This document shows positions 40,117 through 49,680 of a stretch of 64,000 nucleotides of DNA, piece by piece. A program made the translations under genes and the position numbers. Position 1 is the first letter of the stretch. Every line of letters begins with the position of its first letter. This DNA comes from Nitrospirota bacterium (lineage in GTDB: Bacteria; Nitrospirota; Thermodesulfovibrionia; Thermodesulfovibrionales; JdFR-86), in the NCBI GenBank assembly GCA_963721805.1, contig CAVRJY010000001.1, forward strand, positions 64,001 through 128,000, written 5' to 3'. The notes below the pieces were generated by a model. That model saw nothing but the letters and a program-made list of their open reading frames with translations, was not told where the DNA came from and ran no database searches.

Positions 40117-42867
40117 CTAACGCGACTGACGCTTCTTGCCCTTTTTGGGTTTATCCTCGGGCAGAAGCGAGGTGAGCTTTTGATACAACGAAAACAGAAA
40201 TGCTACGCGCTCGGCCTCTGACGCGAATGAGGTCTTGCCATATGCCTTGTCCACCTCGCGGTCGAGCGCCTGATGAGCCTTGCGGAGTTCAGGCGGCATG
40301 GCGATTGGGTCATAGAGGTCAGCTAGTGTCGAGTCAGGGAACTTTAGCCGGGCATCCAAGACTCCTTGCGCGGCCTTTTCTATCGCCTCGCGCTGCTTGT
40401 CCGTAACCTCCGGCCACGGAAAGTTGTTGTAGACTATCCCAGCGGAGTATTGATAGTCGCTCTTAAGCCTCCCGCATACCGAACGAACCCATGCCATATG
40501 CATGGTAGAGGACAAGACGCCAAAGTGAAACGCTTTAGCCCCAGCAATTGTGTATAGTTTGTTTGAGGCAATTGTTGCAGAAGACAAAAAGCCTATGGGG
40601 ATGAATGGGCGATTCACGGATGAGACTTCTGGAACCGCAAGATAATCTGATAAAGGTTGCCGAATTTCTCCAAACAATGTTGGGTTATTCGAAAGCGCTT
40701 GTGTTGTAGCTCTTGTGCTTCTGAGCCTAGCGCGGTTAACAGCTTCAACTCGTTCAACAATAGCGGGCATGGAGCGTAACACATCCGGGGAAATCCCTAT
40801 TAGCCATAAACACCAACGCTCTTTGCTGTTGATAAATTCCTCGCTACCCAAAAGAGGCCGTATCCAGCGCTTAGCATCAGGGTACGCTGAAAGTAATTCA
40901 TCTTTTTCTTGTGTAGAAAGTAAAAGATGCCCTCCATCGTTAGGCATCGAACCGAAAGCCATTCTAAGTTCATTACCACAAATTGGAGCTCGCCTTTTGT
41001 TAAGAAAAACTGATGGAGCATCAACAAGATAGGGATTGATGTTGATTGCATTGATAGCGTGGGGTTCAGATTTTAAAGTCTCGTACTCGAATATCCATTT
41101 TTCGGGCTCATCCTCAAGCGCAAATCCAATAATCACACAATGGACAGCGGCCTTGCCGCGCGCCTCGCTCTGCCACTGAAACGTCCTGTGAGCAAAGTTT
41201 ATCTTTACCCCTGATGCAAAGAGCACTGGCCACAAAATGCCTACCTGTTCACCCTGAGTAATGGAGTTCGTCGATACGAAAGCCGCGCGTATGGCGTGAT
41301 TTCCTCCCATATGAGCAGCGGCCTTCCGATACCAGCATGATACATAATCAAGAACCCCGGCACCTCTCACAGTCCTAAAAATATCATCCATATCCGCCCG
41401 TTGTTCATCAGTCCTATACTGTCTGCCCACAAACGGCGGGTTGCCAACGATATAACTAAGCGCCTCAGGCTTCACGACCTCGCGCCAGTCGATGCGGAGG
41501 GCGTTTCCATTAACGATAGTCGCGGCCTTCTTAAGCGGGAGCCGGACGAAGTACTGCCCGAACTCCTCCGATACGCGCAGGTTCATCTGATGGTCCATGA
41601 GCCACATCGCTACCTGCGCTATCTGGGCCGGGAACTCCTCTAGCTCGATGCCATAGAACTGGTCCACGTCCACGCGGATCATCTCGCCCACGCTCAGGAA
41701 ATCGGCCTTGTCCTTGTGAAGCGCCCTAAGCACCTCAAGCTCAAGCAGGCGGAGTTCCCGGTATGCGATGACGAGGAAGTTTCCGCATCCACATGCGGGG
41801 TCGAGGATGCGGATCGATGCGAGTTTTTTGTGGAACTCAAGGAGGAGCTTTTGGTTCCTTTTTATCCGCTCGAACTCGGCCCGCAAGGAATCAATAAACA
41901 GGGGGTGGAGGGCCTTTAGGATATTCGTCTCGGTCGTGTAGTGAGCGCCGAGGTTGCGGCGGGCCTTCGCGTCCATGATCGACTGAAACAGCGAGCCGAA
42001 GATGGCGGGGCTTATGCGGCTCCAGTCGAGCGCGCAGCACTCAAGCAGGCTATCGCGCATCTTGCTGTCAAATGACGCGAGCGGCAGGGCCTCCTCAAAC
42101 AGCCTGCCGTTGACATATGGGAAAGCGGCGAGCTGCTCGTCGAGGTTCCGCTGGCGCTTCTCGGCCGGCGTGTTTAATACCTGAAAGAACTGGGCCATGT
42201 GCATGCCCAGGTCTGAGCCGTCTTCGGAGGTGCGCTGCTCTATATAGTCCTGAAACTGGCTGCGCTCGAATATCGAGGTGTCATCTGAAAACAGGCAAAA
42301 CAGGAGGCGCACGAGCAGGATCTCAAGGGGGTGGCCCTCGTAGCCCGTGGCCTTGAGGAGGTCGTGCAGGCGGCCAAGCCGCTCGGCGGCCTTTATGTTC
42401 ACGGGGTCTTCCTGCCCGAACGAGCGCGTCTGGTATCCGGCGATAAAACCGAACAGCCGGACGTTCTTGTAAAACTCGGTCAGCGGGAAATTGTGTGTCT
42501 TGTCTTCGTCCAGGTCATATAGCCTAATACGCGCGAAGTCCGAGACGACCACATAACGCGGCAGGTCGCGCTCCTTTAGACCGGAAAAGTAATCAAACGC
42601 CTGACGCTTTGCGCGGTCGAGGTCCTTGTCGCGAGATTTGTGCTCTACCAGCAAAACACCCTTCCAGAGCAGGTCGATAAAACCACCTGCGCCGTCGTCC
42701 TTTTTGACCGGCTTCTCGAAGCTCGCGACCTTTCGGCGGTTGATACCGAAGACATTGAAAAATTCGTTCCAGAAGGTCTGGGCCTCGGCCCCCTCGGATG
42801 TCTCGTCTTCCCATTCCTTCGAGAACGCGAGCGCGCGGCCCTTTATCTCGTTCCAGCTAAGCGGCAT
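40117..42867 (-). CDS. MmeI-like type IIL restriction-modification enzyme
   Basis: MPLSWNEIK..., FIDLLWKG.LLVEHKS nuclease, LGAHYT, LDPACGCGNFL, GNPPF and STLADLYDP. Confidence 0.92.
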   Translation of the reverse strand: MPLSWNEIKGRALAFSKEWEDETSEGAEAQTFWNEFFNVFGINRRKVASFEKPVKKDDGAGGFIDLLWKGVLLVEHKSRDKDLDRAKRQAFDYFSGLKERDLPRYVVVSDFARIRLYDLDEDKTHNFPLTEFYKNVRLFGFIAGYQTRSFGQEDPVNIKAAERLGRLHDLLKATGYEGHPLEILLVRLLFCLFSDDTSIFERSQFQDYIEQRTSEDGSDLGMHMAQFFQVLNTPAEKRQRNLDEQLAAFPYVNGRLFEEALPLASFDSKMRDSLLECCALDWSRISPAIFGSLFQSIMDAKARRNLGAHYTTETNILKALHPLFIDSLRAEFERIKRNQKLLLEFHKKLASIRILDPACGCGNFLVIAYRELRLLELEVLRALHKDKADFLSVGEMIRVDVDQFYGIELEEFPAQIAQVAMWLMDHQMNLRVSEEFGQYFVRLPLKKAATIVNGNALRIDWREVVKPEALSYIVGNPPFVGRQYRTDEQRADMDDIFRTVRGAGVLDYVSCWYRKAAAHMGGNHAIRAAFVSTNSITQGEQVGILWPVLFASGVKINFAHRTFQWQSEARGKAAVHCVIIGFALEDEPEKWIFEYETLKSEPHAINAININPYLVDAPSVFLNKRRAPICGNELRMAFGSMPNDGGHLLLSTQEKDELLSAYPDAKRWIRPLLGSEEFINSKERWCLWLIGISPDVLRSMPAIVERVEAVNRARLRSTRATTQALSNNPTLFGEIRQPLSDYLAVPEVSSVNRPFIPIGFLSSATIASNKLYTIAGAKAFHFGVLSSTMHMAWVRSVCGRLKSDYQYSAGIVYNNFPWPEVTDKQREAIEKAAQGVLDARLKFPDSTLADLYDPIAMPPELRKAHQALDREVDKAYGKTSFASEAERVAFLFSLYQKLTSLLPEDKPKKGKKRQSR

Positions 42868-42970
42868 GGGTGGATACCACGGGTTGCGTTGTCATGTCGG
42901 GACAGTTTAACACTCATAGGCGGATGGTTGGAAGACCCCCGGAACCCCCTCCCCGGAACTGTTTCCCCTT

Positions 42971-43491
42971 TTCACTAACCATAGTTAATCGTAAGTTAAT
43001 AGAAAACGCACGAACCTCAATTTTTCCTATCAACTTCGGTTTATATATAAACCAAAGTTTGGTATTCTTTGTTGTATAGTGGTGCAATGAGTAAGATATG
43101 GTCATATTGGATGGGCTGGGCGGGGGAGGTTGGAGGGTTCCGCGCGTGTTCGGATAAATCGGCAAATACCGCGTTTTTTATCCGAACATCCGAACAAGGG
43201 AAAAACAGAAAAGCCAAATTATCCGGCGTGTTATGCCCGATTTTGCGCCCAACATCCGAACAAAAAAGGCAAAAACGCGCGCGCACGCGCGCGAAATGCG
43301 TAACTATGCCTAAGCGCGGACATCAGAACATGCCGTTGACCGCTCGCGCGATTATGCTGGGGAAGCTTAAAGCGCGAGAAATCGACTTCAGACAAGGAAC
43401 GGTGAGGAAAACGTCCGACGGTGTACTTGAGCGTACTCCGAGGACGGATTTCCGAAGCCGTGACGCAGTATCAAGCGATTTGGCGCGCTTT
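42971..43491 (+). repeat. Full-length composite element: ~370-bp ATCCGAACA arm, leader and hairpin copy 6 (core 43369-43491)
   Basis: Arm is colinear with 60619-60988; the core shows compensatory changes relative to other copies. Confidence 0.88.
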
Positions 43492-43508
43492 CACCCTTTG
43501 GAGCGCTT

Positions 43509-44447
43509 TCACCCCGCCGCTCCTCCCATCAGCCCTGTTATGATGAGGTCGACCGCCTGTTCCGGCTTAAGCCCGTGCGCCATCAGCGTCTCCATCTGCC
43601 GCTTGTCCACGCTGCCGATCGCGGCCTCGTGCGTGACTTTGGCCTCGGGGTGGGTGACCGCGACTATCGGCACCGCGCGCGCGACCGCCGAGTCGCGCAC
43701 GATCTCGATGCAATCGACGTGGCCCCGGCTCCCGGCCGCGTTGCCTACGGCGCCGCCCGTGACCTCGGCCCGCGCGTTGCCCGAGACCGCTACGCGGGAC
43801 TTCACGATCCCCCGCGCCCCCGCGCCGTCGAGCGATACGAACTCCCTGATCTTTATCTCGTCCGTGGCGCTGCCCATCACGCGCGTGAGCAGCTCGACTA
43901 CCGCGCCCTTCGCCGCATGCACCTCGTAGTCGATATCGAGCCTTCCGACCCGTCCTTTCAGGAGCGAGAACTCCGCGGTGTACCGCGAGTCCTCATCCAT
44001 CGTGACGACCGCCTTCGGGATCACCTCCGCCCCGCCGTACGGGCCGTGGAAGTGGTGCTCGGCGTAGTTTAGCATGGCCCCTCGCCCCACGTGCACGCGG
44101 GCGTCCATCGCGTGCAGCACCTTGCGCGCGGTAGGGAATATGCAGTGCGCCACGAGCGATGCGGATGAGCCCGCCCCGGCCTCGACCTCGATGTCCAGCC
44201 GCTGCACACCGTCCTCGCGGAGCATGCCGATGCAGAGCCTTACGGGACGCTCGATCCGAGCGCCGGGGGCTATCGTGATGCGGGCATAGTATTTATCCCC
44301 GGCCTGCCAGCTTTTGAGGCTCAGGCCCTCGACCTCGGTCGCGTCGAGCAGTTGCATGCCCTCGAGCACGAACCGGCCGCCCTCTGCCCCGAGCTCCTCG
44401 GCCCCGGAGTCGCGGAGCGCGCAGTTGATAAGCGCAATGTCAGACAT
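43509..44447 (-). CDS. sufB: SufB/SufD-family Fe-S scaffold (SmsB-like)
   Basis: SRGHVDCIEI, AVPIVAVTHPEAKVTHEAAIGSVD and LMAHGL; short 312-aa form. Confidence 0.88.
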   Translation of the reverse strand: MSDIALINCALRDSGAEELGAEGGRFVLEGMQLLDATEVEGLSLKSWQAGDKYYARITIAPGARIERPVRLCIGMLREDGVQRLDIEVEAGAGSSASLVAHCIFPTARKVLHAMDARVHVGRGAMLNYAEHHFHGPYGGAEVIPKAVVTMDEDSRYTAEFSLLKGRVGRLDIDYEVHAAKGAVVELLTRVMGSATDEIKIREFVSLDGAGARGIVKSRVAVSGNARAEVTGGAVGNAAGSRGHVDCIEIVRDSAVARAVPIVAVTHPEAKVTHEAAIGSVDKRQMETLMAHGLKPEQAVDLIITGLMGGAAG

Positions 44448-45171
44448 GGACGCAGACCGGTTCGGTGCAGGATACGCAGCGCTTCTCGCGGTAGAACTCC
44501 GCGACGTTTGCGGGGCTGCCGGTGCAGACTATGCGGCCGAAGCACAGCAGCGATGCCGCATCCGCCATGAGCGCGACCTCGACGCGGTGAGTGATCAGGA
44601 GCACCGCCGCGCCGGAGCGCTTGAAGGCGCGTATCACGCCCTCGACGCGCTCGAGCGAGAGCATGTCGATGCCGGAGTCCGGCTCGTCGAGCACCGCGAC
44701 GGACGGCCCGAGCGCCAGCACCGATGCGAGCTCGATGCGCTTGCGCTCCCCTCCGCTTAAGCAGCCGTCGACCATGCGGTCGAGGTACAGCGCCGGGTCG
44801 AGCCCCGCAAGCGAGAGGCAGTCCGAGGGGTCCAGCGCGCTATCCGCGCGGGGGCCGAGCTTTCCGAGCGAGAGGTACTGGCCCACGGTGATGCCCTCGA
44901 ACCTGACCGGCTCCTGCCATGCGAGCGTTATGCCGAGAGCCGCGCGCTCGTGTATCGCGAGGGCCGTGATGTCAGTGCCGCCGAGCGTGATGCTGCCTGC
45001 GGTCGGCGCGTGGGTGCCGATCACGAGGGCCGAGAGCGTGCTCTTGCCGGTGCCGTTGGCGCCGAGCAGGGCGTGGACCTCGCCGGGGCGGACATCGAGG
45101 TCGAGGCCGTCGAGGATTATCCGGCCCGTAGCCTCGAATTTGAGACCGCGTATCTGGAGCGCGCCGTCCAT
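44440..45171 (-). CDS. sufC: SufC-like ABC ATPase (SmsC-like)
   Basis: GANGTGKST, LSGGERKRIE, LDEPDSGID; C-terminal CVSC..C; overlaps sufB. Confidence 0.88.
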   Translation of the reverse strand: MDGALQIRGLKFEATGRIILDGLDLDVRPGEVHALLGANGTGKSTLSALVIGTHAPTAGSITLGGTDITALAIHERAALGITLAWQEPVRFEGITVGQYLSLGKLGPRADSALDPSDCLSLAGLDPALYLDRMVDGCLSGGERKRIELASVLALGPSVAVLDEPDSGIDMLSLERVEGVIRAFKRSGAAVLLITHRVEVALMADAASLLCFGRIVCTGSPANVAEFYREKRCVSCTEPVCVHV

Positions 45172-45254
45172 GGCCTAATCATAGTCCGATGCGGGGCCGG
45201 GCGCAACGCGCAGAAATCTTGACTTCGGGGCGCGGGGCCGTGTTAAGCTTTCTG

Positions 45255-45605
45255 ATGGGGGCCATCGCAAGAAAGCTTATCCTCTGCCTGCTCGCGGGGT
45301 TCTATCTCGTGGGCATCTCCGGCCTCGCTGTCTCGGGCCGCTCGTGCTGCTGCGGCAAGTCAGGCGGGCTGCTCCACTACTGCTGCGTGACGCACGCGGC
45401 GGCCTCCTGCTGCGACGGCAGGCCCGGCATCGGCAGATGCAACTCCACCGAGACCGCAAAGGAGTTCACAGGCCCGCTGGCCGCTCTTCAGGCGATGCCG
45501 CGCAGTGCCCCAATAGTGCGGCCCGCGGTATCGCATATCCAGACCGATCCCCTTCCCTCGGAGGGGTTCACCAATCTCCCCGAGCGCCCTCCGATACCGG
45601 CCTAG
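45255..45605 (+). CDS. Small Cys-rich exported protein with C-terminal RPP (DUF2946-like leader)
   Basis: Hydrophobic N-terminus, CCC..CC..CC..C, Pro-rich tail ending PERPPIPA; directly upstream of a metal-transporter-like gene. Confidence 0.6.
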   Translation: MGAIARKLILCLLAGFYLVGISGLAVSGRSCCCGKSGGLLHYCCVTHAAASCCDGRPGIGRCNSTETAKEFTGPLAALQAMPRSAPIVRPAVSHIQTDPLPSEGFTNLPERPPIPA

Positions 45606-45652
45606 CCCTCACGCCGCCCCGGACTTACCCTAAAAATTAATCGGAGGGACTA

Positions 45653-47074
45653 ATGAAGAGACCTTTTTTCGCGCTCGTCTGCGCGCTCGTATTTATACTC
45701 GCGTTATGTGGCATCGCGCTTGCCGCCGGGGACTGCATGCACTGCGGGATGGACCTCGCTTCCTACCAAAAGAGCCGCATGACCGTGACGTTCGATGACG
45801 GCAGGGTGCTCGAGCTATGCAGCATCCACTGCGCCGCGCTCGAGCTGCGCGCCAACTCCGGCCATTCCGTCCGCTCGGTCACGGTCGCTGACTACGATAC
45901 CGGCCGGATGACCGACGCCCGCGCGGCCTCATGGGTGATCGGCGGCAACCTGCGCGGCGTGATGAGCCCTGTAGGCAAGTGGGCCTTTGCCAGCGCCGAT
46001 GACGCTAAGAAGTTCGCCACGGAGCACGGGGGCCGCGTCGCGACATATGACGAGGCGCTCGTGGCTTCGTTAGCAGAGGTTGAGGAGGGAGGGGGCCCTG
46101 CCCCCATGCGCCACGGCCCGCCGATGCCCGCGTTCGGCGACGACATATACCACCCGCACCCGGCCGGGATGTGGATGGTGGGGTACCAGTTCATGCACAT
46201 GGAGATGTCCGGGTTCATGGACGGAGATTCGTATGTCGGCCGCCACCGCCTCGGGTTCAAGCGGGGCTCCGACTACGAAGAGATGATGATCCCTACCAAC
46301 ATGGACATGGACATGCACATGGCGATGGTGATGTACGGCGTGACAGACCGCCTGACGCTCATGGCGATGGCCCAGTACGTCGGCAACAGGATGGACATGC
46401 TGATGGACATGGGCCCGATGATGACGCCGACGCCGGTGCGCCAGGACCCGATGTCCACCAACGGGATGGGCGACACCGAGCTGCGCGGCATAGTGAAGAT
46501 CACGGATGCCTTCACCGGGAGCCTCGGCGTGAGCATCCCCACCGGGAGCATCGACCGCAAGGTCGAGATGATGGGCATGTACATGCGGGCCCCGTATGAC
46601 ATGCAGCTTGGCACCGGCACCTATGACCTCTCGCCCTCGCTCACGTACGCCGGCGGTACGGCCGACGGCAAGTGGGGCTGGGGCGGGCAGGCCTCGTACA
46701 AATACCACATCGGCAAGAACGAAAACGGCTGGGCCTATGGCGACAGCCTGAAGCTGCAAGGCTGGCTCGCGCGCGTCTTCGGGCCTTTCTCCTCGTGGGC
46801 GCGCCTTGCCTATACCGACACGGACCGCATCCGGGGCCATGACCGTCAGGTCGACCGCATGCTGGACCCCGCGTCGATGGCCTACATGCCGGAGCCGGAC
46901 GCCGACCCGGGCCATTACGGAGGCCAGAGCGTGGACGGCGCGCTCGGGCTGAGCTATTCGGTCGGGAAGTTCACGGTAGGGCTCGAGGCCGGGGCGCCGC
47001 TTTACCAGTACGTCAACGACCTTCAGATGAAGCAGGTCTGGCGCCTGAGCACCGGGGTCTCGATGATGTTCTAA
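45653..47074 (+). CDS. NosL-like copper-binding domain fused to a Met-rich outer-membrane beta-barrel
   Basis: Signal peptide; CMHCGM..CSIHC..GVM..AF..A.KF..HGG (NosL-like); HPHPAG.WMVGY, MDMDMHM, GDTEL, SIPTG, MQLGTG; C-terminal Phe. Confidence 0.75.
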   Translation: MKRPFFALVCALVFILALCGIALAAGDCMHCGMDLASYQKSRMTVTFDDGRVLELCSIHCAALELRANSGHSVRSVTVADYDTGRMTDARAASWVIGGNLRGVMSPVGKWAFASADDAKKFATEHGGRVATYDEALVASLAEVEEGGGPAPMRHGPPMPAFGDDIYHPHPAGMWMVGYQFMHMEMSGFMDGDSYVGRHRLGFKRGSDYEEMMIPTNMDMDMHMAMVMYGVTDRLTLMAMAQYVGNRMDMLMDMGPMMTPTPVRQDPMSTNGMGDTELRGIVKITDAFTGSLGVSIPTGSIDRKVEMMGMYMRAPYDMQLGTGTYDLSPSLTYAGGTADGKWGWGGQASYKYHIGKNENGWAYGDSLKLQGWLARVFGPFSSWARLAYTDTDRIRGHDRQVDRMLDPASMAYMPEPDADPGHYGGQSVDGALGLSYSVGKFTVGLEAGAPLYQYVNDLQMKQVWRLSTGVSMMF

Positions 47075-47228
47075 GAAAAAGCCTCGAGTTCATCCCGGCC
47101 TGCCGCGCGGGGGGATGCCGCCCCTCCCCCCGCGCGTCAGGGCCGGCATTGCCCGCCCTGCCTCCGTTGATTTCATATGCTGCTATAATATGCCGATAAG
47201 TTATATAGCCAATAAGGAGGCTTGTTCT

Positions 47229-48449
47229 ATGATGAATGTCGAGATTAAGCCGGGCATATTCTGGGTCGGGGCCGTGGACTGGGCCATCCGGGACTTTCAC
47301 GGGTACATCACCCCGCGCGGATCGACATACAACAACTACCTGATCATGGATAGGGACGTCACGCTCGTCGACACGGTGCACGCCGAGCACACCGGCGACA
47401 CGATCCGCAACATCAGGCGGCTGACCGAGTTCGGGAAGATCAAGAACATCGTCGTAAACCACATCGAGCCGGACCACGCCGGGGGGCTCGTGAGCATCAA
47501 GCTCCTCGCCCCGGATGCGGTCATATACTGCACCGACAAGGCCAAAAAGGGCCTCGCGCGCATGTTCGACATCTCGGGCTGGGACATCCGCATCGTCAAG
47601 ACCGGAGATACGCTCTCGACCGGGACCAAGACGCTTAGCTTCATCGAGACCCCGATGCTCCACTGGCCGGACTCGATGATGACCTACGTTGCCGAAGACA
47701 GGCTGCTTATAAGCCAGGACGTCTTCGGGCAGCACCTGGCCTCGGCCCAGCGGTTCGACGACGAGTTCGTCGGCTGCTCCTCGATGGAGGTGCTCGAAGA
47801 CGCGGTCTGGGACTACTACGCGAACATACTGATGCCGTTTGGCTCGCTGATCTTAAGCAAGCTTAACGAGGTCGAGAAGCTCGGGATCGAGATCGACATG
47901 ATCGCCCCTGACCACGGCGTCATCTGGCGCGCCCACCCCGGCAAGATCATGAAGACGTACGCAGATATCGCATCGGGGTACGCCGAGGAGCGCGTCGTCG
48001 TGATCTACGACACGATGTGGCACAGCACCGAGAAGATGGCCCGCCCGATATCGGACGGCGTGAAGGCCGAGGGGATGGACGTGCGCGTCTTCAAGCTCCG
48101 CTCGACCTCCGCGAGCGAGGCCGCCAAGGAGATGTGGCGCGCCCGCGGCTGCCTGATAGGCTCGCCGACGCTCAACAACACCGTATTCCCGGAGGTCGGC
48201 AAGTTCATGGACCTGCTGCGCGGCCTCAGGCCCAAAAACCGCATAATAGGGGCGTTTGGGAGCTGCGGCTGGGCCGGGGGCGCGATAAAGGAGATCCTCG
48301 ACGACGCAAAGACGCTCAAGCTCGAGGTCATGGAGCCGGGGCTTCAGATAATATCCGCCCCCTCGTCTTCGGACGAGGAGGCATGCTACGAGTTCGGCCG
48401 CGAGTTCGCGAGGCGCACCCGCGAATACCACAAGAAGTTCGCCCGGTGA
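47229..48449 (+). CDS. fprA: Flavodiiron protein (FprA/rubredoxin:oxygen oxidoreductase type)
   Basis: GSTYNNYLI, NHIEPDH, LHWPD, PDHG and flavodoxin motifs YDTMWHST, GSPT. Confidence 0.93.
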   Translation: MMNVEIKPGIFWVGAVDWAIRDFHGYITPRGSTYNNYLIMDRDVTLVDTVHAEHTGDTIRNIRRLTEFGKIKNIVVNHIEPDHAGGLVSIKLLAPDAVIYCTDKAKKGLARMFDISGWDIRIVKTGDTLSTGTKTLSFIETPMLHWPDSMMTYVAEDRLLISQDVFGQHLASAQRFDDEFVGCSSMEVLEDAVWDYYANILMPFGSLILSKLNEVEKLGIEIDMIAPDHGVIWRAHPGKIMKTYADIASGYAEERVVVIYDTMWHSTEKMARPISDGVKAEGMDVRVFKLRSTSASEAAKEMWRARGCLIGSPTLNNTVFPEVGKFMDLLRGLRPKNRIIGAFGSCGWAGGAIKEILDDAKTLKLEVMEPGLQIISAPSSSDEEACYEFGREFARRTREYHKKFAR

Positions 48450-48532
48450 GACGGCTCTTTGGCTGACCGCGCGCGGGGAGGGGCTAGGGCCAGTCTCGAA
48501 GGCAATGCCGGGACGGGCCCCGCGAAAGGGAG

Positions 48533-49570
48533 ATGCTCAAGGTCCGCACAGAAAAGTTAAGGTCCGGGATGGTCACGGCCGCCCCGGTGATGGACCCCAA
48601 GGCGCATGACGGCCTGCCTCTGCTGAGCGAGGGCGTCGAGCTCGTCGAGGGCTATATCCTGCGCCTGCTGAAGCACGGCGTCGAGTTCGTGTACGTCGAG
48701 ATCCCGGAGGGCTACACCGGCAAGTCCGGCGAGAACATAGAGGTCGAGCGCCTGAAGCGGGACATCGTATTCAAGGGCAGGCTCTCGGTGGTCGGCAACG
48801 TCCCGGCGGGCATTAACGTCGAGGCGGGCGAGAGGCTCGCCATCATGGGCGACATCGAGAAGGGCTCGACGATAGCGTGCCGCGAGGGCTCTATAGTCAT
48901 AAGGGGCTCGGCCTTCGGCACGGCCGACGAGCCGACCACAATCAGCATCGCCCAGAACGTCATCTTCCAAAACGCGCGGTACCTCGACGTAAAGGCCGGA
49001 GGGGTCATAAGGGCCACCGGCACGGTCAGCAACTCCACGCTCACGACCGGGAGCTCGGTGCGCATAGAGGGCCCGGTCTCCTCGACCCGGATAAATGCGC
49101 AGGGCCTCGTACACCTCAGCGCCGCGCACTCTCAGGGCGGCCCGGTGCATGCAACCGTAAGGCCCCGCGAGGTCCAGGCCCTGCTTCAGGAGATCATACG
49201 CACCGATGCGCGGCTTGGCGAGATCGCCACCGAGAAGGAGCGGCTCACGACCGGCATCGAGGCCGTCCGCAAGCTCACGGGCTCGCTCACCGATCTGCCG
49301 CCTGAGAAGCGCGCCGCGATAGCCGAGGACGTCAAGCGCTACAAGGCGCTCGACCAGGAGGCCGCAGCGCTCTCGGCGCGCAAAGACGCGGTCGTGGACG
49401 AAAACAGGCGCATACTCTCGCGGACCTGGGTCGCGGTGCCGGGCTTCATCGCCAAGGGCACGCGCATCACTATCCTCAACAGCACCTACGAGGTCCCGAT
49501 CGACACGAGGCACAAGGCCTTCTCCGTCAGGGACTTCAATATATTCATGTCCGAGTACTCGGCCGCCTAG
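48533..49570 (+). CDS. FapA/DUF342-like beta-solenoid protein
   Basis: N-terminal LRSGM..A..V (DUF3391-like), repeated G.V.I.G.V strands and a C-terminal coiled coil. Confidence 0.6.
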   Translation: MLKVRTEKLRSGMVTAAPVMDPKAHDGLPLLSEGVELVEGYILRLLKHGVEFVYVEIPEGYTGKSGENIEVERLKRDIVFKGRLSVVGNVPAGINVEAGERLAIMGDIEKGSTIACREGSIVIRGSAFGTADEPTTISIAQNVIFQNARYLDVKAGGVIRATGTVSNSTLTTGSSVRIEGPVSSTRINAQGLVHLSAAHSQGGPVHATVRPREVQALLQEIIRTDARLGEIATEKERLTTGIEAVRKLTGSLTDLPPEKRAAIAEDVKRYKALDQEAAALSARKDAVVDENRRILSRTWVAVPGFIAKGTRITILNSTYEVPIDTRHKAFSVRDFNIFMSEYSAA

Positions 49571-49680
49571 CGGTGCGGCCCCGTGAGGGGGCGCGGTCAA
49601 AAACCACCCAAAACTGATACAATAATGGACGCATACGCGCGCGCCGTATCTGATAAAGCACGCATCTGCGCATATAAAAA

